In this document: piece after piece, positions 27,775 through 38,305 of the stretch
Position numbering within the stretch: position 1 is the stretch's first letter
Layout: the number at the start of each line of letters is the position of its first letter
NCBI GenBank assembly: GCA_946965045.2
Contig: OX337235.1
Coordinates: forward strand, 1,798,001-1,862,000
Length of the DNA: 64,000 nt
Source of the DNA: Epithemia pelagica
Taxonomy: Eukaryota; Protista; Bacillariophyta
Direction of reading: 5' to 3'
Translations under genes and position numbers: made by a program
Notes under the pieces: model-generated
Database searches by the model: none
Told to the model about the DNA's origin: nothing
The model's input: the letters and a program-made list of their open reading frames with translations, nothing else

Positions 27775-30111
27775 ATGCCGAGAAGTGTAGAATTGGGTAA
27801 GTTAGTAGAGCGCTTCACTTGCACACAACAAAATTCTCCTTCTTGGCCTTCGTTCCTCCGTCAGATCCGAGGCCGTTCCTGCCTTCATCCAAGAATAGGT
27901 GAGCTGCCGCACGATGCCGCACCTTACCTGGCGAAACTCCGGTCAATAGGGGCACCTGTGGAGGTCAAAACCCTCCCATGGACAACACAACAAAAACTAG
28001 AAGCCATCACCAGAGGACCCCACCAATCCTCACGAGCCTATTTGGGTTTTTTGGAAAGCGAGATGGTTGATATGATAACACAAAAATTTTGGATTGTCCT
28101 GCCGTACGACATCGTGCAACACTACGAAAACCTCAGAATATCCCCGATCGGTGTGGTGCCACAGCGGGAACGGCGTCCCCGAACAATTGTAGACTACAGT
28201 TACTCGGGACTCAACAAGGAAACGCTTAAAATGGCACCACCAGAAGCTATGCAGTTTGGTCGAGCCCTACATCGTCTTCTGTATCGCATCTTCACCGCCC
28301 CAAAAAACCAAGGCCCAATCTACATGCTCAAAATCGACCTGTCTGATGGCTTCTACCGACTCCGTGTCAAGCCAGAAGACGTTCTGAAACTGGGGGTGGC
28401 CTTCCCAACTGCCCCAGGAGAGCCCAAGCTAGTTGCATTTCCCATTACACTACCGATGGGATGGACAGAAAGCCCACCATACTTTTGCAGCGCGACAGAG
28501 ACTGTGGTCGACATCGCCAACCAATACGCCGGCTCGTCGTGGGACCCACCGCCGCATCGGTTAGAGCCAGCCGCGGCCACCCAACCTCCACCAGAAATAA
28601 ATACCCACTCAATCACGGTCCCACTCCATCTTCAACACACGCCATTGACCAACACCACTTTCCTACCCAACTTACCACTAAAGCCACATCGTCTTCGTCA
28701 TCGCGCCCAACCGCTGGCCTACGCGGATGTTTTTGTGGACGATGAGGTCCTCCTAGGCCAAGGCTCTAAAGCACGTCTCAACCGCTTTCGTCGGCAAGTG
28801 ATGCACATCAATGATGCAGTTTTCCGCCCCAACGATACGCGCGACCACCACCGCAAGGAACCAATCTCCGCCAAGAAGTTATTGAGAGGCGATGCGTGTT
28901 GGTCCACACGGAAACAACTGTTGGGATGGCTGGTCGACACGTTACGGGGAACCCTCGAGCTGCCTCCACACCGCAAAGAACGCCTCCTTACGATCCTTAC
29001 CGATGTCATCGGCAAAAACAGGCTGAGTGTCAACAAAACCCACAAACTACTCGGGGAGTTGCGCAGCATGGTGCTGGGCATACCGGGTGGCCAAGGTCTT
29101 TTCTCTCAATTGCAAGTTGCATTGACCCGGCGGTCAGATAAACATCGTGTTCGACTCCATCAAGGTGCCCAGGATGCACTACGGGATTTCCTCCACTTGG
29201 CCAAGGATCTGGCCAACCAACCGACTCGTATTGCTGAACTCTTCCCGACGGTCCCAGCGCACCACACGGGCGCGTGCGATGCGGCGCGCAATGGCATGGG
29301 TGGAGTATGGCTACCCCAACCACACTCCTTGGAGCCACCACTCGTCTGGCGGCACCCTTTCCCTGAACACATCCAGTCCGCCTTGGTCAGCTTTGACAAC
29401 CCCGCGGGCACCATCACAAACTCGGACTTGGAACTGGCTGGCACGGTGGCACAGGCTGCCGTTTTAGCCGCAAACAAGGATCTACGCGAAAAGACTCTCG
29501 CCATCTGTACCGACAACACCCCCGCATTGGCATGGCAAGGCCGCGGTGCAAAAACAACAACCGGCCCCGCCTCCTACCTCCTGCGCCTTGCTGCACTTCA
29601 GCAGCGTCAGTTCCGCTACGTTGTTCAACACTCATATATACCGGGCCCAGCAAACCACCTAGCCGACATTGCCTCCCGGCGCTTTGATCTGTCTGACACA
29701 GCCTTACTCTCACACCTCAATTCTGTTGCTCCCCACTCCCAGCCTTGGAAAATGCTTCTCCTGCCGCCAGAAACAACTTTGCAGCTGATTACCGCGCTGC
29801 AAAGGCAAAGGCCCGCCTTGCCGTCACTGCAAGCCGTGCCAACGCCACCGACCGCTTCTGGACCCATCACTGGGTCCCCTACACCGAGTCGCTGGGGATC
29901 ACCGACCCCTTCCTCAGCGACATTGATGACAAAGTTCCGCTTCTCCGGGTCCTGGCCTACAGGATCCGCGACGGTCGCGCCAGCCGCAGCGGTCAACCTG
30001 TCCGATCTGAACGAGTACGTGACGAAATACTGGCCGTCGCAAAGGCGTTCACCGAATTGGGCCGCCCGGATCCCCGCCTCACGGCTGCTGGCACCATGGA
30101 TCCGCGCTTAA
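27775..30111 (+). CDS. Ngaro ORF2, reverse transcriptase + RNase H, 778 aa
   Basis: RT motifs RISPIGVVPQ...RTIVDYS, KIDLSDGFYRL, LPMGWTESPPYF, FVDD. RNase H motifs GACDAARNGMGGVW, SDLELAG, CTDNTPAL, IPGPANHLADIASR. Confidence 0.93.
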   Translation: MPRSVELGKLVERFTCTQQNSPSWPSFLRQIRGRSCLHPRIGELPHDAAPYLAKLRSIGAPVEVKTLPWTTQQKLEAITRGPHQSSRAYLGFLESEMVDMITQKFWIVLPYDIVQHYENLRISPIGVVPQRERRPRTIVDYSYSGLNKETLKMAPPEAMQFGRALHRLLYRIFTAPKNQGPIYMLKIDLSDGFYRLRVKPEDVLKLGVAFPTAPGEPKLVAFPITLPMGWTESPPYFCSATETVVDIANQYAGSSWDPPPHRLEPAAATQPPPEINTHSITVPLHLQHTPLTNTTFLPNLPLKPHRLRHRAQPLAYADVFVDDEVLLGQGSKARLNRFRRQVMHINDAVFRPNDTRDHHRKEPISAKKLLRGDACWSTRKQLLGWLVDTLRGTLELPPHRKERLLTILTDVIGKNRLSVNKTHKLLGELRSMVLGIPGGQGLFSQLQVALTRRSDKHRVRLHQGAQDALRDFLHLAKDLANQPTRIAELFPTVPAHHTGACDAARNGMGGVWLPQPHSLEPPLVWRHPFPEHIQSALVSFDNPAGTITNSDLELAGTVAQAAVLAANKDLREKTLAICTDNTPALAWQGRGAKTTTGPASYLLRLAALQQRQFRYVVQHSYIPGPANHLADIASRRFDLSDTALLSHLNSVAPHSQPWKMLLLPPETTLQLITALQRQRPALPSLQAVPTPPTASGPITGSPTPSRWGSPTPSSATLMTKFRFSGSWPTGSATVAPAAAVNLSDLNEYVTKYWPSQRRSPNWAARIPASRLLAPWIRA

Positions 30112-30908
30112 CCACGCTCTACCGCGCCTTTGCAAACGACGACCCCCCGCCTAACCGAGTCAAACCTATGCCAATTCAAATCCTCCACAAAGCACAACAC
30201 ACGGCCACTCAACTTGGCGATGCTTACAACTTGGCCATCTGCGACATGGCCTGGATTGCCTTTTTCTTTCTTCTGCGTCCGGGCGAATACTGCAAATCCC
30301 CCGACAACACACCCATTGCACTCCAGGACATCACCTTCACAATTGGCCACCAACGCCTCAACCACATGACATGCCCACTTCACCTACTGCAACGTGCCAC
30401 GCATGTCTCTATCACCTTTCAACAACAAAAAAATCGTGAACGTGGTGAGGTCATTGCCCATGGCCGCAGTGGGCACAGCATTGCTTGTCCCACCCTCGCG
30501 CTGATCCGGCGCATCACCTACCTCCGCCAACATCCACGTTCCGCTCCAACCATGGCGCTGTGCACCTGGTACACCATCACCAATCGCCCATCCTTGTTAT
30601 CTTCAAACAACCTTACCTCCGCCCTACGAGACGCCACCGATTCCTTGCCCAATCTGGGCTTCTCGAGTTCGGATGTCAACGCCCGCAGCCTTCGCGCGGG
30701 TGGCGCCATGGCGCTCCTCTGCGGCCGCATTGATCGGGACACCATACGATTGGTCGGCCGATGGAAATCCGACGCCATGTTTCGTTACCTTCATGCACAA
30801 GCCCTTCCACTCATTCGCGATCTTGCGCGCACCATGGTCACGCACGGGCATTACACGCTTATGCCTGAAGCCGACCTGCCCGCAGCTGCCCTCCAAATCC
30901 TGCGGTAA
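29745..30908 (+). CDS. Ngaro ORF3, tyrosine recombinase; frame open from 29697, first ATG only at 30096
   Basis: Motifs FFFLLRPGEY (Arg), QQKNR (Lys), ARSLRAGGA (RxxR where HxxR is usual), GRWKSDAMFRY (Trp, Tyr). Overlaps the end of ORF2 in another frame. Confidence 0.9.
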   Translation: MENASPAARNNFAADYRAAKAKARLAVTASRANATDRFWTHHWVPYTESLGITDPFLSDIDDKVPLLRVLAYRIRDGRASRSGQPVRSERVRDEILAVAKAFTELGRPDPRLTAAGTMDPRLTTLYRAFANDDPPPNRVKPMPIQILHKAQHTATQLGDAYNLAICDMAWIAFFFLLRPGEYCKSPDNTPIALQDITFTIGHQRLNHMTCPLHLLQRATHVSITFQQQKNRERGEVIAHGRSGHSIACPTLALIRRITYLRQHPRSAPTMALCTWYTITNRPSLLSSNNLTSALRDATDSLPNLGFSSSDVNARSLRAGGAMALLCGRIDRDTIRLVGRWKSDAMFRYLHAQALPLIRDLARTMVTHGHYTLMPEADLPAAALQILR

Positions 30909-30947
30909 CCCACCCAACATTCCATTCTATCCCACCCGGGAGGTGGC

Positions 30948-31060
30948 CTCAGGGGCATGGCGGGGGGCCATGTAACCTAGTAAACCTGGTTTGGCCCATA
31001 CCTCCAACCCCAACTACCGGATGGACGACGCACGACAAGCTACGTAGGTGGCGATAGCCA
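30948..31060 (+). repeat. Split direct repeat B1 (113 bp)
   Basis: Identical to 31212-31324; directly abuts A2. Confidence 0.95.
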
Positions 31061-31186
31061 TTGTAGTCGCGCAGGAGAAGGAGGGACAGACGAACAACAA
31101 CACATGAAAATACAACCACAACACCGATTGAACGGTCACAATTGTTTCTCCAGCCGACTGTCGAGTCCGTAGCGTGAAATAGAACC
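31061..31186 (+). repeat. Split direct repeat A2 (126 bp)
   Basis: Identical to 25485-25610. Confidence 0.95.
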
Positions 31187-31211
31187 TCCCGCCCACCACA
31201 CCAGCCTCCCG

Positions 31212-31324
31212 CTCAGGGGCATGGCGGGGGGCCATGTAACCTAGTAAACCTGGTTTGGCCCATACCTCCAACCCCAACTACCGGATGGACGACGCACGAC
31301 AAGCTACGTAGGTGGCGATAGCCA
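31212..31324 (+). repeat. Split direct repeat B2 (113 bp)
   Basis: Identical to 30948-31060; separated from A2 by a unique 25-bp spacer. Confidence 0.95.
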
Positions 31325-31680
31325 CATCACAAGTTGTACTACGCCCAGGCGGGGTGAGAAGTTCTATATATGTACATTACCGTATGTTGTTTCATTCCTG
31401 TAGATTGCCTCTCGAAGCGCGCTAGAGCGTAATATCATCGCAATCGTGATTGCACTGCTTCGGGTTTTTTCTGGGAATGTTTTTTGTTTTCTGTTCACAA
31501 CGACAGAACCAACTCGAATGCTTTCGAACCGGCAAGTCCACAACAACAAGGTCCTCGTCCTCGTCCTCAATTCTTACAAGTGCAAACTGCTCGTTTGGGT
31601 GTAGGTGGTCCAGAATAACCGCCCTTACAAGAACAACAACAACACCTAGAACAAGTCACCAGAACTGCATCAACCGCATC

Positions 31681-34501
31681 ATGCTCTTGTCGCGCGTGGC
31701 AGTGGCCAAGCCACAGACGTCCCATACGTACGTACAAAGAGTGTTGCTTCAGTCTCCAGGACGATCCTTTCGTGCACTGTCCTCTACAGCAACGAGTAGT
31801 TGGTTGCCCGTTTCGGGTCGCAGTCACAATGGGCCACACACCAACTCGATTCTGCGGCATCCCGTCGGTGCCCAACGATTCCAATCGTCGTCACCTCCTG
31901 GAAACAATAACAACAACAATGGGAAAATGAATTTACCGTCGTGGTTGACGGGCGAACAAGCCAAGCCGGGAGAATATTTGGAAAAGTACACGACCGACTT
32001 GACCAAACTCGCGGCCGACGACAAACTCGATCCCATTATTGGAAGACACGACGAAATTCGACGATGCCTACAAATCTTGGCGCGACGAACCAAAAACAAT
32101 GTACGTACATGCCGAGTTTCGACCAGGAAAGAGGTAGACTCTTATGATTCCAACATTGTGTCTGACTCGAATTTTCGATTCGTTTTCTCCTCGTTGTGCT
32201 CTCGCTCCCTATGTATCACAGGCCATTTTAACCGGTGAAGCGGGTGTGGGGAAGACGGCCATTGCCAATGGACTGGCCCAGCGCATTCAGTCGGGACAAG
32301 TCCCGGAAAGCATGAAAGATAAGCGTGTCCTATCCTTGGACTTGGCCGCACTCATGGCGGGTGCTGCGGTTCGGGGACAGTTTGAGGAGCGGATCAAGGG
32401 TGTTCTGCGTGATGTGGAGGCAGAACAGGGCAAGGTCATTTTGTTCATTGATGAATTGCATACCATGGTGGGAGCAGGCAAGACAGAAGGAAGTATGGAT
32501 ATGGGAAATATTCTAAAACCTGCTCTCGCTCGTGGTGATTTGCAAATGGTGGGCGCCACGACCTTGAACGAATTCCGAATCATTGAAAAGGACGCGGCCT
32601 TGGCGCGAAGGTTCCAGTCAGTCTATGTAAATGAACCAAGCATTGAGGACACGCTCAGTATATTGCGTGGTTTGAAAACCGCCTATGAACTGCATCATGG
32701 CATTCGAATCAAGGATGAAGCCCTGGTTGCCGCCGCAACCTTGTCCGATCGGTACTTGACAGAACGGAAACAACCTGACAAATCCATCGATCTGGTGGAT
32801 GAAGCTTGTTCTAGGTTACGATTGGAACAAGAGTCCAAGCCAGAGGTCATTTGGAAACTGGAGCGGGACCTGGTCACACGTCAAATTGAATTGAGTGCAC
32901 TCGAGAATGAAAAGGACGAGGGCAGTAAGGGCTTTCTTCAACGCAAAGAACAAGTTGAGCAAGAAGTAAACAAGTTGAAGAGCGAAGTAGAGGACTTGAC
33001 AAATAAATGGAAGGCCGAAAAGAGTGAACTAGGTCGTGTACAGGAAGTCAAGAATGAACTCGAACAGGCACGTACCTCTATGGAACTGGCTCGACGAAAG
33101 GGAGATTTCGCACAAACGGCAGAATTCATGCACAGCACCATTCCCCAATTGGAAAAAGAATTGCACGATCTCGAATTGGCAGTCGATGATGAAAACAACA
33201 AAACAGCAAGTGAGAAGATGTTGGCCGAAGCCGTGACAGCGCAAGCTATTGCGACCATTATTGCGAGTCATACGGGCATCCCAGTTGCGCGGTTAACCGG
33301 GGATGAATCAGAAAAATTGTTGCATATGGAAAATGACTTGCGCCAACGTGTGGTTGGACAAGATCATGCCTTGCAAATTGTCAGTGATACAGTTCGATTG
33401 GCCCGAACTCGATTGCAAGCTCACGATCGGACACTTGGCAATTTGCTCTTTTTGGGTCCCACAGGTGTCGGAAAAACGGAACTGAGCAAGGCACTCGCTG
33501 AATTTGTCTTTGATAGCGCAGATGCCATGACAAGAGTCGATATGAGCGAGTATGGTGAAAAGCATACCGTGTCACGCTTAATTGGTGCACCGCCTGGTAC
33601 GTGTACGTGTGCGTAGCCGTCCGAACAGGTCAATGATCTAGGTCTAACCATTGTTGTTACGCCGTCGACAGGATACATTGGTTACGATGAAGGCGGGACC
33701 TTGACGGAAAGCGTCCGGCGACGACCATACCAAGTATTGCTGTTGGATGAATTTGAGAAAGCGCATCCTGATGTGTGGAACATTTTGCTGCAAGTATTTG
33801 ATGAGGGACATCTGACAGACTCAAATGGTCGTAAAGTTGATTTCCGAAACGTTATTGTGATTATGACATCCAATATGGGTGCCCAACTCATTTCGGAGCT
33901 CCCCTCGCACCTACGTGGATCGGAACCAGAGGTCCAGGAACAAATCTTAAACCACGTACGACCGATGCTGGCACCCGAATTGTGGAATCGTATTGACAAT
34001 ACCATTGTCTTTAACCGGTTGCAGCGTGAGGATATGGATGCAATAGTCGATATTCGGTTGAAGGAAATTGTGGATCGGTTGGACGATCAAAACAACATGA
34101 CGCTGGAAATCAGTGATACGGCAAAAGATGTACTTTCCGAAATGGGATACGACATACGATACGGGGCACGTCCTTTGCGGCGCGTATTGACGAGGGAATT
34201 GCTGAATCCACTGAGTCGATTGGTATTGGAAGGGGCCGTGGTCGAAGGCGAGAGCGTTAGGGTTCGAACTCGGGCCGAGGCAGAACGAGAAAAGAAACAG
34301 CTCCATCATGGCGGCCAAACTGGCTTTGGATGGATTTCTTCCAATCCCCAAAGTGACAACAAGAATGATGTCGTCGTTCTGCGTAATCATGCTACCCGTG
34401 AGAATGAAAACATGGATGAGACGGAGCGCAAACTGTTGCCTATCGAGGAAGACAACGAGGAAGCAGCAGCGCCTGAAGATGAAACGTTGCGTTCCGCATG
34501 A
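31681..34501 (+). CDS. clpB: ClpB/Hsp78-type AAA+ disaggregase, probably mitochondrial; exons 31681-32100, 32222-33596, 33672-34501
   Basis: [30 protein letters not shown], middle coiled coil, [29 protein letters not shown]. Two GT-AG introns; 2625 nt in frame. The Clp N-domain is absent and an R/S-rich presequence is present. Confidence 0.93.
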
Positions 34502-34760
34502 GGCGATTAGAGACGTAATACAATGACATGTATGAGGTAGAAATGAAATAATTAGGAGTAGCTAATAAGAAATGCAATCACAATTTTATTGCTGAGACAG
34601 TGGAAACCAAATTTGTTTCGATCTATGTTGACGGATACGCGACACGCCCTTTTGTTCTGTATGGAAGCTTCCCAGTTACATTCAATTAAGGTGACGTACA
34701 CAGCAGATACTGATAATGTCAATGCTGGCTTTCAAAGGGCATGCTGTTACTTGTAACGTC

Positions 34761-36117
34761 TCAACTAAGTTGCTTCTGAAGAGTAGGCGTCAGATATTCC
34801 GCGACGCGAAGAGTCTCCACTCCAATGTCAATCGTTGCAATACCTGTCGCTTCCGCACCAGTGGCACAAAAAGCGGCGACACGCTCCTTGACAGTGACGT
34901 AATCCAAGTCCTGACTAAAGAAATAAGGCTTTCACAAACAGAGTGTCAGATATTTCACACCGAAGACAAGCCTTCCGAATGTCATTCTGGACTTACCATG
35001 GCACCTGGGTATTTCTTTTCGAGAGCTGCAACATTTGATTTGTCTTCCTCATCAGGGATAGAATGACGAAAGACTTCTTTGCCGTCCTTCTCGACCAAAG
35101 CCCATGAGATTTCGCCACCGCAACGATCTGCGGCCGCAGAGACTTCCTTGCCTGTTTTGGTTTTGATCGTGAACTTGATTTTGTCGAAATCAGTAAATTC
35201 ATTTCCACTTGGCCCCTTCAAGGTTTGACAACTCGAAAAATCCTTATCGGCAACACACGATTCAATATTGTCGACCGAAACGTCGAAGAAGGACACCAAG
35301 AGGGCTAGTTCATGAATGGCCATGTTTTTGAGCATTCCTTCTTTATTACGCTCAAAGCATTCTCCAAGACTTTCAGGTGTGTTCTCATAGGAGTTGTTAC
35401 TGACAAAAGTGATAGTCCCTCCATTGGCGTCTGCGTAGTCAATAGCTTTGCGGACAAACTTTGTCACATTCTTATTATAACCCATGAGGACCGACACGTT
35501 GGCGGCCTTGGCTTGGTCACGCATAGATTCCAATTCACTAACGGTAGGGGCACCTGGCTTTTCGAGGTAAATGGTGGAACACTTGGCATCAATACACTGA
35601 GTCAAAAACTTGGGATTGTCTGCCGTTCGGCCAGAGATCAACGCCAACCGCTTCACTCCCTCAGGAGGGGTAGGTAAATCCGCGACGGCCGAAAAGAATT
35701 CAACACCATACTTTTCGGCAGTCTCCTTCTTCCATTCCGCGAACTCTGGACCTCCAGGACCTTCGGCACCTGTCATTGGAATATAGGCCGAACAAAGCAG
35801 ACAGAGTGTATGAGATTATTTGGAACCAGTCGTGGTCGTCGACCGACGCGACCGACGGCATCTCAAGCAAATCAAGTAGGAAACAGCTGTATCAAATACC
35901 AACACAAACAAGCCCTCATCTACTTGGTAGCTCCATGGACGAATCTTTGGCACTCACCAGGACCCAAGAACCATGGTTCAACCACGTAGCAAAGAGCAGC
36001 ACTAGGAACCCTTCCTTCCAACATTTGAACCGCATGATACCATCCCATTCCACGATTGGGGGCACCGCACCCCACCATCACAACTTGGCACTGGTTTTCT
36101 TTCACTTCGACCGGCAT
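34761..36117 (-). CDS. Gfo/Idh/MocA-family oxidoreductase, copy 1; exons 36117-35958, 35769-34997, 34928-34761
   Basis: Rossmann-like VVMVGCGAPNRGMGWYH and IYLEKPG motifs. Canonical introns; 1101 nt in frame. Confidence 0.85.
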
Positions 36118-36885
36118 TCTTGGATATTGTATTTGCTGACTGTCGTCTTGGTAGCAACAACACTTTGGAGGAACCCTTGTTTGGCGAATCAATCGACGTC
36201 CGTCTGAAATCTCGTCTTGTGTGGAATGAGAAGCGAAGAAGATCCTCTTCTCGACCAAACCCTTCGCACTTCGCACTCGCACGTCGAAATCCGTGACAAC
36301 TTTGGTGTCGGAACACGGACGTCGACGAGAAGGGGTCCCGCCCCGTGCATTCCCGAGACTTGGATGTCACACCAATCGTTGTTAGGTTTCTGAATACAGA
36401 CGCTAGGTAGTTGTTGGTTGTACTGTTCGGTTGATAGTGGCTTTGGAGATTCGAAGTCTCGGTTGGACTCGGAAGACTCGTGACTCTTTTGAGAACACAT
36501 CCAGCTTGTCATTGTTTGTGTCGTCGGTCGTCGGAATCCAAGTCATTCTCGCCATGATGTAAAGCCGTTCTATGTTCTATCGAAAGGCAATAGGGCATGG
36601 TTGGTGTCCTACCTAAGCTCTCTCTAACACTAACTGATGAACATGCGAGATACGGTCGGTCACCACTCCAGGATCTTTATTCTTTATTACAAGTTTCCTC
36701 TTCCCAGAAGGGGGAGGCAATTATTCACATTCCAATACGAATATCCACATCACCACACAAACAATGTCTTTTGACAACAAAAACGTAAACTGTAGCCGTG
36801 GTACAATGTCCCCGTGTCACTTCCCAAACGTTTTACATACTGTTTCAGCGCACGCAACGTCGTCGCCCAAACACAGAAGGTTCTG

Positions 36886-38305
36886 TTACTGCACGACACA
36901 GCAGCTATTCAACTCATCGGGAACTTCGCCTCCACCCAGTTGTCTCATGATCATGGGAGTCAAATGTTCGGCAACACGGAGTGTCTCGACTCCAATTTCA
37001 ATGGTGGCAATGCCGGTAGGTTCTGCTCCCGTCGCACAAAACTCGGCTACGCGCTCTTAACCGTGACATAATCGTTGTGCTGACTGTAGAAATAGGGCTG
37101 CACGTTGAACGAGTAAAAGAAATTTCAAGAGACAATGAGACATGCTGGTCTCGAACGGGCACCCACTGAGGTTTTGAATTCAACGTACCATGGCACCAGG
37201 ATACTTTTCTTCCAAAGTCTTGACAAGCTCCTTGTCCTCTGAATCCGGCATGGTATGGCGAAAGACTTCTTGACCGTCTTTTTCGACCAACGCCCAGGAG
37301 GTTTCACCACCACAACGATCTGCCGCAACGGAAACTTCTTTGCCGGTCTTGGTTTTGACGGTAATTTTGATCTTGTCAAAATCCGTAAAGTCCTTGCCAC
37401 TGGGGCCTTTGAGGGTTTGATGGTGGGTAAAGTCGGCATCCGCCACACAGGACTCAATGTTTTCGACCGTCACATCAAAAAACGACACCAAGAGGGCCAA
37501 TTCATGAATGGCCATGTTTTTGAGCATGCCTTCCTTGTTGCGTTCAAAGCATTCTCCGAGACTGTCGGGAGTGCTCTCATAGGCGTTGTTGCTAACAAAT
37601 ATAATAGTGCCGCCATTTTCTTTTTGATAGTCCAAAGCTTTTTGAACATATTTGGTCACGTTTTTATTGTATCCCATCAGAACAGTCACATTGGCCGCCT
37701 TGGCCTGATCTCGCATTTGTTCCAATTCAGCAACGGTGGGCGCTCCCGGCTTCTCAAGATAAATTGTTGAACACTTGGCATCGATACATTCTTTGAGAAA
37801 TTTGGGATTGTCAGCTGTGCGGCCTGAAACAAGGGCCAAACGATTCACGTCGTCCGGTTTGGCAGGTAAGTCGGCCATGGAAGACAAGAACTCAACACCA
37901 TGACTGGCCTGGGTTGTTTCCTTGAACTCGGCAAATTCAGGGCCACCTGGCGAAGATGCGCCTAAAGGTTTTGTGGAATGACAAGAGGCGCCATACAATG
38001 AGGTCAGACCAGACTGGCATTTCCCGAAGGAGGCTTCCCCAAGTTTGAGATTTCGCGTGTCGACACAGGATGCGTAGCATTTTTGCGTCATGATACAACG
38101 ACCCGCATAAGTTGACGAGCCTGCGAGTCTGATTCCACAACGTAACGGCTCCCAAGTACCATGGTTCGACAATGTAACAAAGAGCAGCACTGGGGCACAA
38201 ACCGTCCATCATTTGAATCGCATGATACCATCCCATTCCACGGTTGGGTGCACCACATCCTACCAACACAACCTGGCACTGCTTATCTTTGACGTGGACC
38301 GGCAT
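36886..38305 (-). pseudogene. Gfo/Idh/MocA oxidoreductase, copy 2, with a TT donor at intron 1 and a 1-nt deletion in exon 3 (pseudogene or assembly error)
   Basis: Exons 1 and 2 have the same lengths as in copy 1 (160 and 773 nt). The intron-1 donor at 38145 reads TTACGT. Exon 3 reads AAG AGC GCG TAG where copy 1 has AAG GAG CGT GTC. Confidence 0.7.

Larger units (their letters stand above)
25485..31324 (+). mobile_element. Ngaro-type (split direct repeat) tyrosine-recombinase retrotransposon, apparently intact
   Basis: Order is A1 - gag - RT/RNaseH - YR - B1 - A2 - B2. A and B copies are identical by eye; all three ORFs are open; no methyltransferase domain and no TSD. Confidence 0.93.

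Noticed and set aside
30948-31324. Repeat-spacer-repeat pattern resembling a CRISPR array
   Set aside because: Only two 113-bp units plus a 126-bp repeat matching the element 5' end; this is the Ngaro split-repeat structure in eukaryotic DNA with no cas genes.
31450-32238. Track ORFs 31450-32238 and 32144-33616 read as separate proteins
   Set aside because: They are ClpB exons read into introns and UTR; the spliced model gives one 874-aa protein.
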